DNA of 64,000 bases. Source: an uncultured virus (IMG/VR IMGVR_UViG_3300003375_000022). Taxonomy: Duplodnaviria > Heunggongvirae > Uroviricota > Caudoviricetes. Positions 33,523 through 42,599 of this stretch are shown here, in pieces. Every line of letters starts with the position of its first letter. Positions within the stretch are counted from its first letter, which is position 1. The notes beneath the pieces were generated by a model that was not told the origin of the DNA, did no database searches, and worked only from the letters and a program-made list of their open reading frames with translations. The DNA is taken from IMG/VR virus record IMGVR_UViG_3300003375_000022; one strand, 5' to 3'. The translations under genes were made by a program, and so were the position numbers.

Positions 33523-36500
33523 TACGCTTTAGAGAACCAATTGTATTTTTTAGCAGCCCAGAATAATAGCACCCCGATGGTAGCCCCAACAACAAATTCT
33601 TTTGGAGTCATTAATTGGTGTTCAGTTGCAGTATTTCCTTCTGCAGAACTATAATAATCCGGATCCTCGCCTTCAAACTTACTCATGTCTTTATTAACAA
33701 TAATGCTTTGTAATTTTTTTAGCAACTCGCCGACAGATTTTTTAACCTGAGGGTCTTTTGTTTTGTTAGCCAGTGCGTGCTGTATAGCAAGTTGTTCCCA
33801 AGCTGCTTTAAAGTCACCAAAATGTTCTTCTTTGTGTGTGGCTAAAAAGTTATTAATTTCTTTTTCAATATGATGAAGTTCGCCTCTAAGTTCTGGGGAT
33901 TTATCTGTTTTTAATTCACGTTTAACCTCCAAGAATTCTTTGAATAATTCAGTAAGCTCCGCATGAGCATCTTTAAACGGTCTACCGTGCTCATGATTCT
34001 CTTTTTGGTGAAAAGAGCCAGTCGGAATTTTACCTTTTGGGTTTATTGTATTTTGCATTTTTTGTTTTTTAATTGGTTGATTTTTTACCTATTGCCTTAA
34101 CAAGTAAAATTACTCCGATTGCTATTCCAGCGCCTATGGCAACTCCTTTCCAATTAGATTTAACTTTTTCTTTTAGTTGAGCGCCAGTGAATTCGGATTG
34201 CAGTTCTACGTATCGCGCATCTGGAGCATCAAAGTCATTTGCTAAATCAAGACCATTTAACCCAGTGGCATTGCTTTTTTCATTTTGTAATTCAACAGCT
34301 GGCACAACTATTTTCTGACGTGAAAACTGTGGGTTTAATTCGTGGTCTACTGGAGTTTCTGAGCCAGCATACCCCTTTTTAATGGCTTCCTGCTCTAAAC
34401 TATGTGTGTGTTTATGCTGTTTTTTATGTGCGTGTTTTTTTAATTCGCCAACAGCCATTTTATGAGCAGCACCAACTTCCATTCTTCTTCGGCTAATCAT
34501 TTCTTGTGTTGGTTCTGGGTTACCGTTAAGGTGCGAAAAAATTCCGCTATCTTCAGAGAAATCCCCTTCAAAATTAGCGTAGCTTTTCATTGCTGATTCA
34601 AGCTGCCCTATCCTAAGGATTCTTTCGTCAATTTCTTGTTTTGTTTTTCTTGTGTCTTTTCCAGCACCCCTTAATTCAGCAGCTTTAACTCTTAATCGAG
34701 AAAGTAATTCTTTATTCCACTCTATTTTTTTAGCAAGTTCAAGAACAGAAGGTTTTACGTTTTGTTTTTTTTCGCCATTACTAAATTCACTATAATGATC
34801 TTCGGTTGTAACACCGTCAAACCCATCACTACCAACATCTGGATCAGAAGAACCTTCGTCTTCAGACTGTTGAGAAGAATCATCTTGTTGAGAAGAATCA
34901 TCTGAACTTACTCCGTTGTCTTGAGGAACTGGTTGGCTATAATCTTGTTGAGGCTGAGATAAAACACCTGCATTTGGATCACCAACTCCAGCGTTAGGGT
35001 CTGACTGAGAAGCATTAGCCCCTGCATTTGGGTCGCCAGTTCCGCTATCGGTAGATTGAGGAGCATTTGGATCAACGTATGGCTGCACACCAGATGTTCC
35101 GTCGTCTGCTTTGGTAGCATCTGTTTCTGCATTTATGGCTGCAATATCCGCGTCATCTTGTGCGTTTTTCTTTCTACGTTTTAATTTTCTTTCTGCGCGT
35201 TTTTTTCTACGTTTTGCTCTACGTAATTTTCTGCGGCGCTTTCCTCTACCAAATAGATTACTAAACTCTTCACCAGCATTATTCATTTCACCATCTAATT
35301 CTGAACAATCTTCAATATATTCGTATTCGTCTTGTTCGTGATCATTAACAGTGTAATGTTCTTGATTACTTTCTTTTGGAAATTCCCCGAAGGCTTTTTC
35401 AAAAGTAACTACTTCATCTTTAGCCTGCGGAGCTAAATGCACAACCGTTGGTTGTCTACCGAATTCTCCCATTTTTTGTTTTACTTTAAAAAAAATTATT
35501 TAATCGCTTTTTTAGCAAAAGCTTATTTGCTCGCTGTAATAACAGCTGGTTTTTTGTGGTCTAATAATAAACCTACGCCAAATCCAGTGGCAGCCCCAAC
35601 GGCAATGTACATAGCCATTTTTTTAAGGTCGTGCTTTTTGTATTTAGCGTATGCAAACCCAGCTAATCCGCCTAAAATAAGTCCATAAACTTCATTTTTA
35701 CGTTTTGCTGTTTTTGCTTTTTCGGCAGGAACTAAATTTACTTTTGTTGGAGTTGTTTGTGCGTCAGCACCTAATGTTACTTCTGTTGTGTTCATTGGTT
35801 TTATTGATTTTATGTAAATTATTTTGTTGTCTTTTGTTTCGAATAAACTATATACAAACGGCTTTCCTCTACGCATACCTAAAACTTCTTTTGGTTTTCC
35901 TTCAACGATAGTTTCTTTTTCAAGAATTTCGCCGCTTGCCGTAAAGTTTTTATGTTCTTTGTTTGGAACTAAAACTTCTGCATTTTCTATTAGTTGATAT
36001 GCCATTTGCTTTACGCTTTTTTGTTTTTGTGTCTAAAATATAAAACTAACCCAGTTATTGCCACTGCTCCAAATGTGACTATGCCAGCTACAATTATCGG
36101 CGTATGGTTTTTCTTTGGAGCCGATGGTGTTCCTGTTGTCGAACTATGACAATCACAATCTCCTGATGCGTTATAATAGTTTTCCGCCGCCTTTTCAGCT
36201 TGACATTCTGGGCAATCACAATCACCTTCGGCTTTTAAATATCCAGCTGGTTCAACCTGTATTCCGTTACTTTTTATTTTGTCTTCAACAACAACTTCAT
36301 TGACTACGTTTCTTGATTCCGTAGGCTTAATGTGTTTTAAAATCCAATTTTTGTGTGGGTGTATTTCAACCATTTCGCGTTCCATTTCAACCTTTTGCGG
36401 TGTTTTAAAATAAACATCTGTAAGCTTTTTTTCTAAATCTACATATCCAGAAGCTTTTTGTTTACCGTATTTTGCAAGCAGTTGCTCAGCTTCCTTTGTC

Positions 36501-36596
36501 GATTCGTTTGACAATAAAGTAAAGATGTTTATGTCTTTATAGTCTGATTTTGTATTAGGTCTGCTTTGATTCATTTTTTATAAAATATTTAAAAAC

Positions 36597-36634
36597 AAAA
36601 AGAGCCCACCCCGATTAATAGGAAGGGCTCTTTT
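36597..36634 (-). terminator. Intrinsic terminator after the candidate capsid gene
   Basis: AAAAGAGCCC...GGGCTCTTTT stem with flanking A/T tracts. Confidence 0.7.
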
Positions 36635-36650
36635 ATATTCAATTAAAAGA

Positions 36651-37415
36651 TTAACCTTTAGTGATACCTTTTACGTCTTGGGTCGTCTGTATGATAACAG
36701 GAGCTACGTTCTTACCTGATAAACGAGGAGCGCGTGCAGTATTATAAGAAGAACCACCGTTAAGTTTAGCTTTACCGCTAAGGATAGCCACTGGATAAAT
36801 CGAGATAGTTAAAACCGCAGAAGGTTGTAATACAAACGTTAAGTAAGTGTTACCGTCAACTGTTAATGTTTTAGATACGTCAATAATATCTGACTGGAAC
36901 TGATAAGCATCGCGTAAAACCGATAAGTTTAAAGGCGTTACGTATTGTTTACCATTCGCGTCAACGTGGTTCAACTGAACCGTAATTTGTAACTGCGAAG
37001 GTGTTGAACACTGGAAGCGCCATTTACCAACTTTAAAGAATTTGTTGTTCGACTGGTTGATAATACGACCGTAACCGCCAGCTGCATTACCTACTGCTCC
37101 AGTTTGTACGTTGGTTAACGTAACAGTTGTAGGGTTGCCGTAGTTAGTTGCGCTTGCAAAGTCGTTGAATCCAAATAGGATACAGTTTTGCGCGACGTTA
37201 GTGTTGTTTGAATAAGATACAACATAAGGGTCAGATAATGCGTGGTGTGCATTTGGAGCGCCGCCAGCATAAGACATTTCGTTATTGTCGAAATATGACA
37301 TATCGTCATCATCGAAATAGCTCATATCGCCTTCTGCTGAATCGTAGCTATCAAAGCCGCTCATGCGTTCTGTGCCGTTAATGTATCCGTGAAGTTCTTT
37401 TTCTGTTGAGTTCAT
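36651..37415 (-). CDS. Candidate major capsid protein (beta-rich, possible single jelly roll)
   Basis: First long gene of the structural operon, own terminator, codon choice suggestive of high expression, alternating beta-strand pattern, acidic N-terminal segment; fold is inferred. Confidence 0.55.
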   Translation of the reverse strand: MNSTEKELHGYINGTERMSGFDSYDSAEGDMSYFDDDDMSYFDNNEMSYAGGAPNAHHALSDPYVVSYSNNTNVAQNCILFGFNDFASATNYGNPTTVTLTNVQTGAVGNAAGGYGRIINQSNNKFFKVGKWRFQCSTPSQLQITVQLNHVDANGKQYVTPLNLSVLRDAYQFQSDIIDVSKTLTVDGNTYLTFVLQPSAVLTISIYPVAILSGKAKLNGGSSYNTARAPRLSGKNVAPVIIQTTQDVKGITKG

Positions 37416-37635
37416 TTTGGTTTGGTTTTTTGAGAGTTTTTAAATTGTTTTAATTTTTTTCTTTGTTTGTTTTTTGAATCTGCAACACTTTACAATGGAG
37501 CTAAGCTCAACATCTTATCGGCATCTTTAAAAACTTCAACTTACTTACTGCACGCTATCCATTAAGGATATAGCACTTTTCAAATTTAGCTTTCAACGAG
37601 TTCAAATTCAATCTCGTTTGTTGCGCGTCCAGTAA

Positions 37636-37761
37636 TTAAACTTTCGCGGCGGTTGTTTTAGCAACGTGCTTAGCAACGTACATTTGATGAACAGCTAAAC
37701 CAGCCATAACAGCTGCAAGCGTTACTACAAATTTGATTCCATTTTCTTTTGTGAATAACAT
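37636..37761 (-). CDS. 41 aa membrane peptide heading the structural operon
   Basis: MLFTKENGIKFVVTLAAVMAGLAVHQMYVAKHVAKTTAAKV. Confidence 0.65.
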   Translation of the reverse strand: MLFTKENGIKFVVTLAAVMAGLAVHQMYVAKHVAKTTAAKV

Positions 37762-37783
37762 GTTTTTCAGGTTTTTATTTATA

Positions 37784-37791
37784 CAAATATA
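37784..37791 (-). promoter_or_regulatory. Bacteroidota-type -7 promoter element for the structural operon
   Basis: TATATTTG on the - strand 22 nt upstream of the ATG. Confidence 0.6.
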
Positions 37792-37954
37792 TACCATGAA
37801 AATGATGTTAGCGGAAAAACATGTTGGTCAATTGTCAATTTCAATTAAGTAACTTTTTAATTTTCAATAAGTTACTTGTTTTTATTTTTCATGAAATTGA
37901 CCAACGGAAATTTCTATGCGTTATCGTATATGCTTAAAAACCGATAAATTTTCT

Positions 37955-38677
37955 TTAAAAAAGTTTTTTTGAATTACTTTTTAATTCATTCCAATCGTTT
38001 ATCTTTTTTTGATCAGTATATTTGTCGTAATGTTTTCCAAGATTATTAGATTTATTGAACGGCGACATACGCTTCTTGTATTCTTCGTGTCTTTCAAGCA
38101 ACCTGTTTACTCCACCAATATTTCTATAATGCAATAGCCTGCATCTTCCCTTCTTTATAAGCACTCCTTTTGCATTGTGTGTGTGGCAACCGTAGTTGTA
38201 ATTTATTTCTCTTACCGCGCTTGGATCAAATATACATTGCTTAGAATAGTTTACTGAATTTACACCTGTATTTATTTCTTCTATTACATCTACTGGCAAA
38301 TTGTCTGAACACATATCGTATCCATTTACCAAAGGTAATGTTCCTTTTAAAACATCCGGAAACAAGAATTCATCTGCATCTATAACAATAACATAATCTA
38401 CATTTGTATTTCTTTGTTCTTTCCAGCAATTATTTTTTACTTCTAAATAAGCCCAGTCGTTAAGCTCGCCTTTTTTACCAAAGTACCTAACTTCTATTCC
38501 AAGCAACTTAGCTATATCTACGCTATTGTCATCGGAGTAGTTGTCAAACATAATTATCTTTTTGCAAAATTTTGAATAATGCTTATGTAGGAATGGAATA
38601 TAGAAACTATCGTTCCAGTTTATAAAGTAGCAAACAATATTCATGCGTTTGTCATTTGAAAAATGTTTGTGTACCAA
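37955..38677 (-). CDS. GT-A (family 2-like) glycosyltransferase
   Basis: FDNYSDDNS and VIDADEF motifs; likely start MNIVCY near 38644. Confidence 0.8.
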   Translation of the reverse strand: MVHKHFSNDKRMNIVCYFINWNDSFYIPFLHKHYSKFCKKIIMFDNYSDDNSVDIAKLLGIEVRYFGKKGELNDWAYLEVKNNCWKEQRNTNVDYVIVIDADEFLFPDVLKGTLPLVNGYDMCSDNLPVDVIEEINTGVNSVNYSKQCIFDPSAVREINYNYGCHTHNAKGVLIKKGRCRLLHYRNIGGVNRLLERHEEYKKRMSPFNKSNNLGKHYDKYTDQKKINDWNELKSNSKKLF

Positions 38678-38845
38678 TCTTCTTTTGATATAGCTACTAT
38701 TTGGCTTGGCTTGAACTTATTTCCTTCGGCATCTAACACCAATTCTTTTGTTGTTTTATCGATTACGAACCCATGCTCATTAACCGCTTTTCCTAAAACT
38801 TCTAACACGATCCAAATTGTTTCTTCCGTGAATATTAGTTTTTGT

Positions 38846-39460
38846 TTACTCATGAGTACTGCGCGTATAACCTATATGGCTATAAACTTTTTTCTGTAAT
38901 TCAACCGTTTCGTACCCACCTTTAAAAACATCTTCAACAACATCTTGTTCCCACTTCCTAAAAGGCATAAACTGTATCAATGATTCCAAAGAGGTAACTC
39001 CTGGATTCCAAGAAAAACCATACCAATCACAAGTTGTTCTCCATTTCTTGAGCTTGCCATACTTAATTCCGTTGTGCATTTTATCGTGAGAGCATGGGTG
39101 CATACTATCTTTTCTGCATAACACCTTAATGATGTCTGATTCGTTTTCCATTAAAGAGATAGAATCTGATATCCAATCGTAATGATTATCAAATAGCCAA
39201 TCGTCTTCGCAATGTATATAATATTTTTCGTTTATATTTTCTTTTAAGAATTTTTCTATGGAAGCATGCTGCCCTATGCCGTTCGTGTATTTGATTGTTA
39301 GAGGAACTTTTCCATGAAACATCCTTGGAATGTTATTCCCTTTAGTTCCATCCTCATGTACAACTATTTCGGTTAACGCGTATTTTTGATTTGTTACTAA
39401 GCTTTTGATTGTTTGTTGTAGTAAATCAAATCGATCGCAGCTGGTTATTAGCACCTTCAT
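38846..39460 (-). CDS. GT-A glycosyltransferase
   Basis: ITSCDRFDLLQQTIKS, HCEDDW, SWNPG, HIG. Confidence 0.75.
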   Translation of the reverse strand: MKVLITSCDRFDLLQQTIKSLVTNQKYALTEIVVHEDGTKGNNIPRMFHGKVPLTIKYTNGIGQHASIEKFLKENINEKYYIHCEDDWLFDNHYDWISDSISLMENESDIIKVLCRKDSMHPCSHDKMHNGIKYGKLKKWRTTCDWYGFSWNPGVTSLESLIQFMPFRKWEQDVVEDVFKGGYETVELQKKVYSHIGYTRSTHE

Positions 39461-39461
39461 A

Positions 39462-40070
39462 TTACAATTTTTTAAAGCATGTTAAACTAAAGGCTTCTGC
39501 TATTAATTTTATTTTTGTTTCTTTTGCAATTAAATCGCTTACAAACTTTGAGCTTCCTTCATGAAAAGGAGCTCCGCCTCTGTACATTCTGCTGTCATGG
39601 AAAAATATCAATCCGCCTTTTCTAATTTTTGAATAATACAATTCATAATCTTGTTTAGCAGCTTCGTATGTGTGGTCTCCGTCTATAAAAATAAAATCAT
39701 ACTGTTCGTTTAAAAAAGCAGCGTGTATGTTTTGTGAATAATCATGCACGAAATTAAACCTATTTGCAAAAGGAGCCGTATTTTTTTCTATTGCATTAAT
39801 ACTACCCACAAGTGAATGCTCCATGCTATCCGGAATCAATGGATCTATTCCAGTTAAATGTATGTTTTTGTTTATGCCTAATAAAAAAGCAGATGTATCT
39901 CCATTTAGCACACCTATCTCTATGCCATAGATGTCTATTTCAAGCGTTTTATCTTCTTCTACTATTCTTTCAGTAATTAAGTCGCTTATAGCTTCTTTAA
40001 ACAGTACAAATTCGTTACCGTATGTATGTTCATACACATTTTGCTTATAATAACCTTTTGTTATTTCCAT
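39462..40070 (-). CDS. Class I SAM methyltransferase (Methyltransf_24-like)
   Basis: IEIGVLNG, DFIFIDGDHTYE, GGLIFFHD. Confidence 0.85.
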   Translation of the reverse strand: MEITKGYYKQNVYEHTYGNEFVLFKEAISDLITERIVEEDKTLEIDIYGIEIGVLNGDTSAFLLGINKNIHLTGIDPLIPDSMEHSLVGSINAIEKNTAPFANRFNFVHDYSQNIHAAFLNEQYDFIFIDGDHTYEAAKQDYELYYSKIRKGGLIFFHDSRMYRGGAPFHEGSSKFVSDLIAKETKIKLIAEAFSLTCFKKL

Positions 40071-40074
40071 TTTT

Positions 40075-40671
40075 TTATTCTTTAGGTGTGTTTAATTGAT
40101 TAAAGGTTTCTTCGCTTATAAATTCAAAGTCATTCATTTTTTGATACGCACAACAAATAAGCCAGCCGTCAATTTCGTTACCCATTGCCGCGTGTTCGTA
40201 TAATTCAATAATTTTATATCCCTGAAGTTCTGCCAACTGATTATAAATTTCTTTTGTCATATAATTGCATCCATGACCTTCCCAGCTCCCTGTTTTTGGG
40301 TTTTCACGAATGGCGACGCCACCTTCTTCTAAAAGATTGTGAATATTTTTAAAAACATTGTAAGCACTTTTAACGTGTTCGCCAGTTCCGAAGTCAGTAA
40401 CTAACCTGTATTGTTTTTCATGAGGAATGGGCTCGCTTAAATCATAAACAAAGGCATTGTTTTCTCCATTAAGGTCTATGCAATTATAAGCTATTCCTTT
40501 TGCCTTGTAAAATTCACTTGCGAACGGCTGCGCGCTATGCTGACCTTCGTGCTTAATTCCTTCGTAACTTTTATCGAACATGTTCTGCGCGCCAAGTTCC
40601 ATTACTTCTTTAACATCAACTAATTTCAGCGCTTTTTCTATTAGTTCTATACTTTTGCTTGTGATTCCCAT
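40075..40671 (-). CDS. Class I SAM methyltransferase
   Basis: MELGAQ, CIDLNG, DFGTGEHV, LLEEGG. Confidence 0.75.
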   Translation of the reverse strand: MGITSKSIELIEKALKLVDVKEVMELGAQNMFDKSYEGIKHEGQHSAQPFASEFYKAKGIAYNCIDLNGENNAFVYDLSEPIPHEKQYRLVTDFGTGEHVKSAYNVFKNIHNLLEEGGVAIRENPKTGSWEGHGCNYMTKEIYNQLAELQGYKIIELYEHAAMGNEIDGWLICCAYQKMNDFEFISEETFNQLNTPKE

Positions 40672-40690
40672 ATTTTATTTTTAATTTAAT

Positions 40691-41437
40691 TTACATACCT
40701 CCAGACCAAATACAAACCGAATCAGCTATTGGCAAAACACCTTTGTGAGCCGTGTACGCAAAATATGTTTGCTGTGCATTTGTTATTTTTAAGCCCATCT
40801 GTTTTACGATTATACTTGCTACACTTTGATCGTGCCTTGTTCCAAGAACGCGCGCGTCTTTTGAAACCTGCAATTCTTTATTGTCCCAATCGCCCATATA
40901 TGAAATTCCATCGGAAGCAGAAGAAATATATCTTTCTAAAAATTCTAACGCTTTTCCGTTACTTAAATCAAATCCCATGCAGCAAGCCATCAACATTTTG
41001 GAATCAAATGCCTCTTGCCTACTCATTCCTTGTTTTTCCAAACATGCGTCCGAAGTGTAATCCCCTATTGAATACCCAATATTATCAAAAAACAAATACC
41101 CTTGTGATTTGATTTGCTCGAATATCGGCTGTATTGATTTGGTTGCATATATAGGGGAGTCGCACCAAAGCAAAATTCCTTCTCCATTCATTTCTGCAAT
41201 CGCCTTTTCAATAGCGTGCGCTTTGAATGCGTAAGGAACTGGTGCTCTTTGTTGCGTTGCACTTCCATCGTTATCTTCTTTGATTAATTTATGCGGAGGG
41301 CTATTTATATAATCATAGTCTTCGTACAACTTAAAATCTCCATCATACCCAACTTGCAAAAAACTATCTCTAAGCCTTTGCATTGATTTTTTATAATTAC
41401 CGCTTTTGTCGGCAAAAGAAACTACTACTTTCTGCAT
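40691..41437 (-). CDS. GT-A glycosyltransferase-like protein
   Basis: YAFK, LLWCDS, RHDQSVAS motifs. Confidence 0.65.
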   Translation of the reverse strand: MQKVVVSFADKSGNYKKSMQRLRDSFLQVGYDGDFKLYEDYDYINSPPHKLIKEDNDGSATQQRAPVPYAFKAHAIEKAIAEMNGEGILLWCDSPIYATKSIQPIFEQIKSQGYLFFDNIGYSIGDYTSDACLEKQGMSRQEAFDSKMLMACCMGFDLSNGKALEFLERYISSASDGISYMGDWDNKELQVSKDARVLGTRHDQSVASIIVKQMGLKITNAQQTYFAYTAHKGVLPIADSVCIWSGGM

Positions 41438-42063
41438 ATTAATAGATTTTCAGCTGATTCGTAAATAATATTATCCATTCCAAATTTAGAAGTGTATTCT
41501 AAAATTTCTCGCTTAGTTTCTTCTATTGAATTCCACTCTATGCAAAGTAGTTTTGTTTCTTTTAAATCTATTTGTTTTAAAATATCAACGTCAACCCCTT
41601 CTGCGTCTATGGTTATGAAGTCAAAAGGTATAACCCTATAAGAATTTTCATTCAATTTTTTTAAAAAAGTATTGTACGTCATTTGATTTACGGTCACGTC
41701 ATTGAACTCTACGCCAGCTTCGACCCATTTTTGCTCTACTGTTTTTATACTACTTAGTAACGCGTGGTCTGATTTATCCAAAAAATGCGCTCCAGATTCG
41801 TGTAAAATACACTCTCCATCCACATTTCCTATGGCGCAGTTAATCAACGAAACTCCCTTTTTATGCTTATGCAATTCTTTTAGTTTTTCAAATGCCAATG
41901 GAGATGGTTCTACCAAAACAGCTTTCCAACCAAGTTCAATTAATCTTAATGAATTAGATAGCGTTTTGCCATCGTTTTCACCTATGGACAACAACGTTCC
42001 TTTAAATTCTCCGAAGTAATTTACTATATGTAAGTCCTCGTCTGATTGTGAATATTTTTTCAT
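41425..42063 (-). CDS. FkbM-family methyltransferase
   Basis: YSQSDED, IGENDGKTLSNS, LVEP, IDAEGVD. Confidence 0.85.
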   Translation of the reverse strand: MKKYSQSDEDLHIVNYFGEFKGTLLSIGENDGKTLSNSLRLIELGWKAVLVEPSPLAFEKLKELHKHKKGVSLINCAIGNVDGECILHESGAHFLDKSDHALLSSIKTVEQKWVEAGVEFNDVTVNQMTYNTFLKKLNENSYRVIPFDFITIDAEGVDVDILKQIDLKETKLLCIEWNSIEETKREILEYTSKFGMDNIIYESAENLLICRK

Positions 42064-42599
42064 TTCTATTTTTTGTTTTTAGTCTTCTTTATCCAAACTT
42101 TTCCTTTTCCTACATAGATATATTTTATAGGCTGCGAATAAAACGAATAAGTTACTTCGCCCACCTTTGATCCGAAACCCTGTGTTGTTAGGCAAAAATT
42201 TCTTCTGTACCATGCTTCAATTTTTGTCATTTTATTTTATATAATTTTCCAATATTTCTTTCAGGCTCATTGAGTCCAAATAAAAATCTATGCTTATTTG
42301 ATCTGGGTTCAATTCATACTTCAATTCATTTACTTTTTTTAACTTAAGAAGAGTACCTATAGCTAATTCTGAATTTAAAAATTCAATATTAAATCTACTG
42401 TTTCCATTATTAGTTAGGTATATAAAAATATTGTCTTTTTTATACAAAAACCTATCATGCCTTACAACCGAGTACCAGCTACCAATATCTTTAAATCCAT
42501 TTTCAATAGCACTTTTAATTTCCGGTGCGTTTACTCCATCTGCGTATGAATATAATTCGCTATTTAATTTTTCGGCGGTGTGTTTTTCGTATCTTGTCA

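Larger units (their letters stand above)
30194..36574 (-). other. Array of single-pass membrane/virion proteins (30194-30943, 30966-31496, 31582-32064, 32069-32521, 32639-33304, 33522-34058, 34069-35472, 35523-36005, 36011-36574)
   Basis: Each has terminal Gly/Ala/Val/Ile helices flanked by Lys runs, e.g. GAKVGIVFGIVAVAVGIFLVVKKGKK. Confidence 0.75.

Noticed and set aside
34860..35045. Short repeats encoding DDSSQQ and DPNAG
   Set aside because: Ordinary low-complexity coding repeats in a disordered linker
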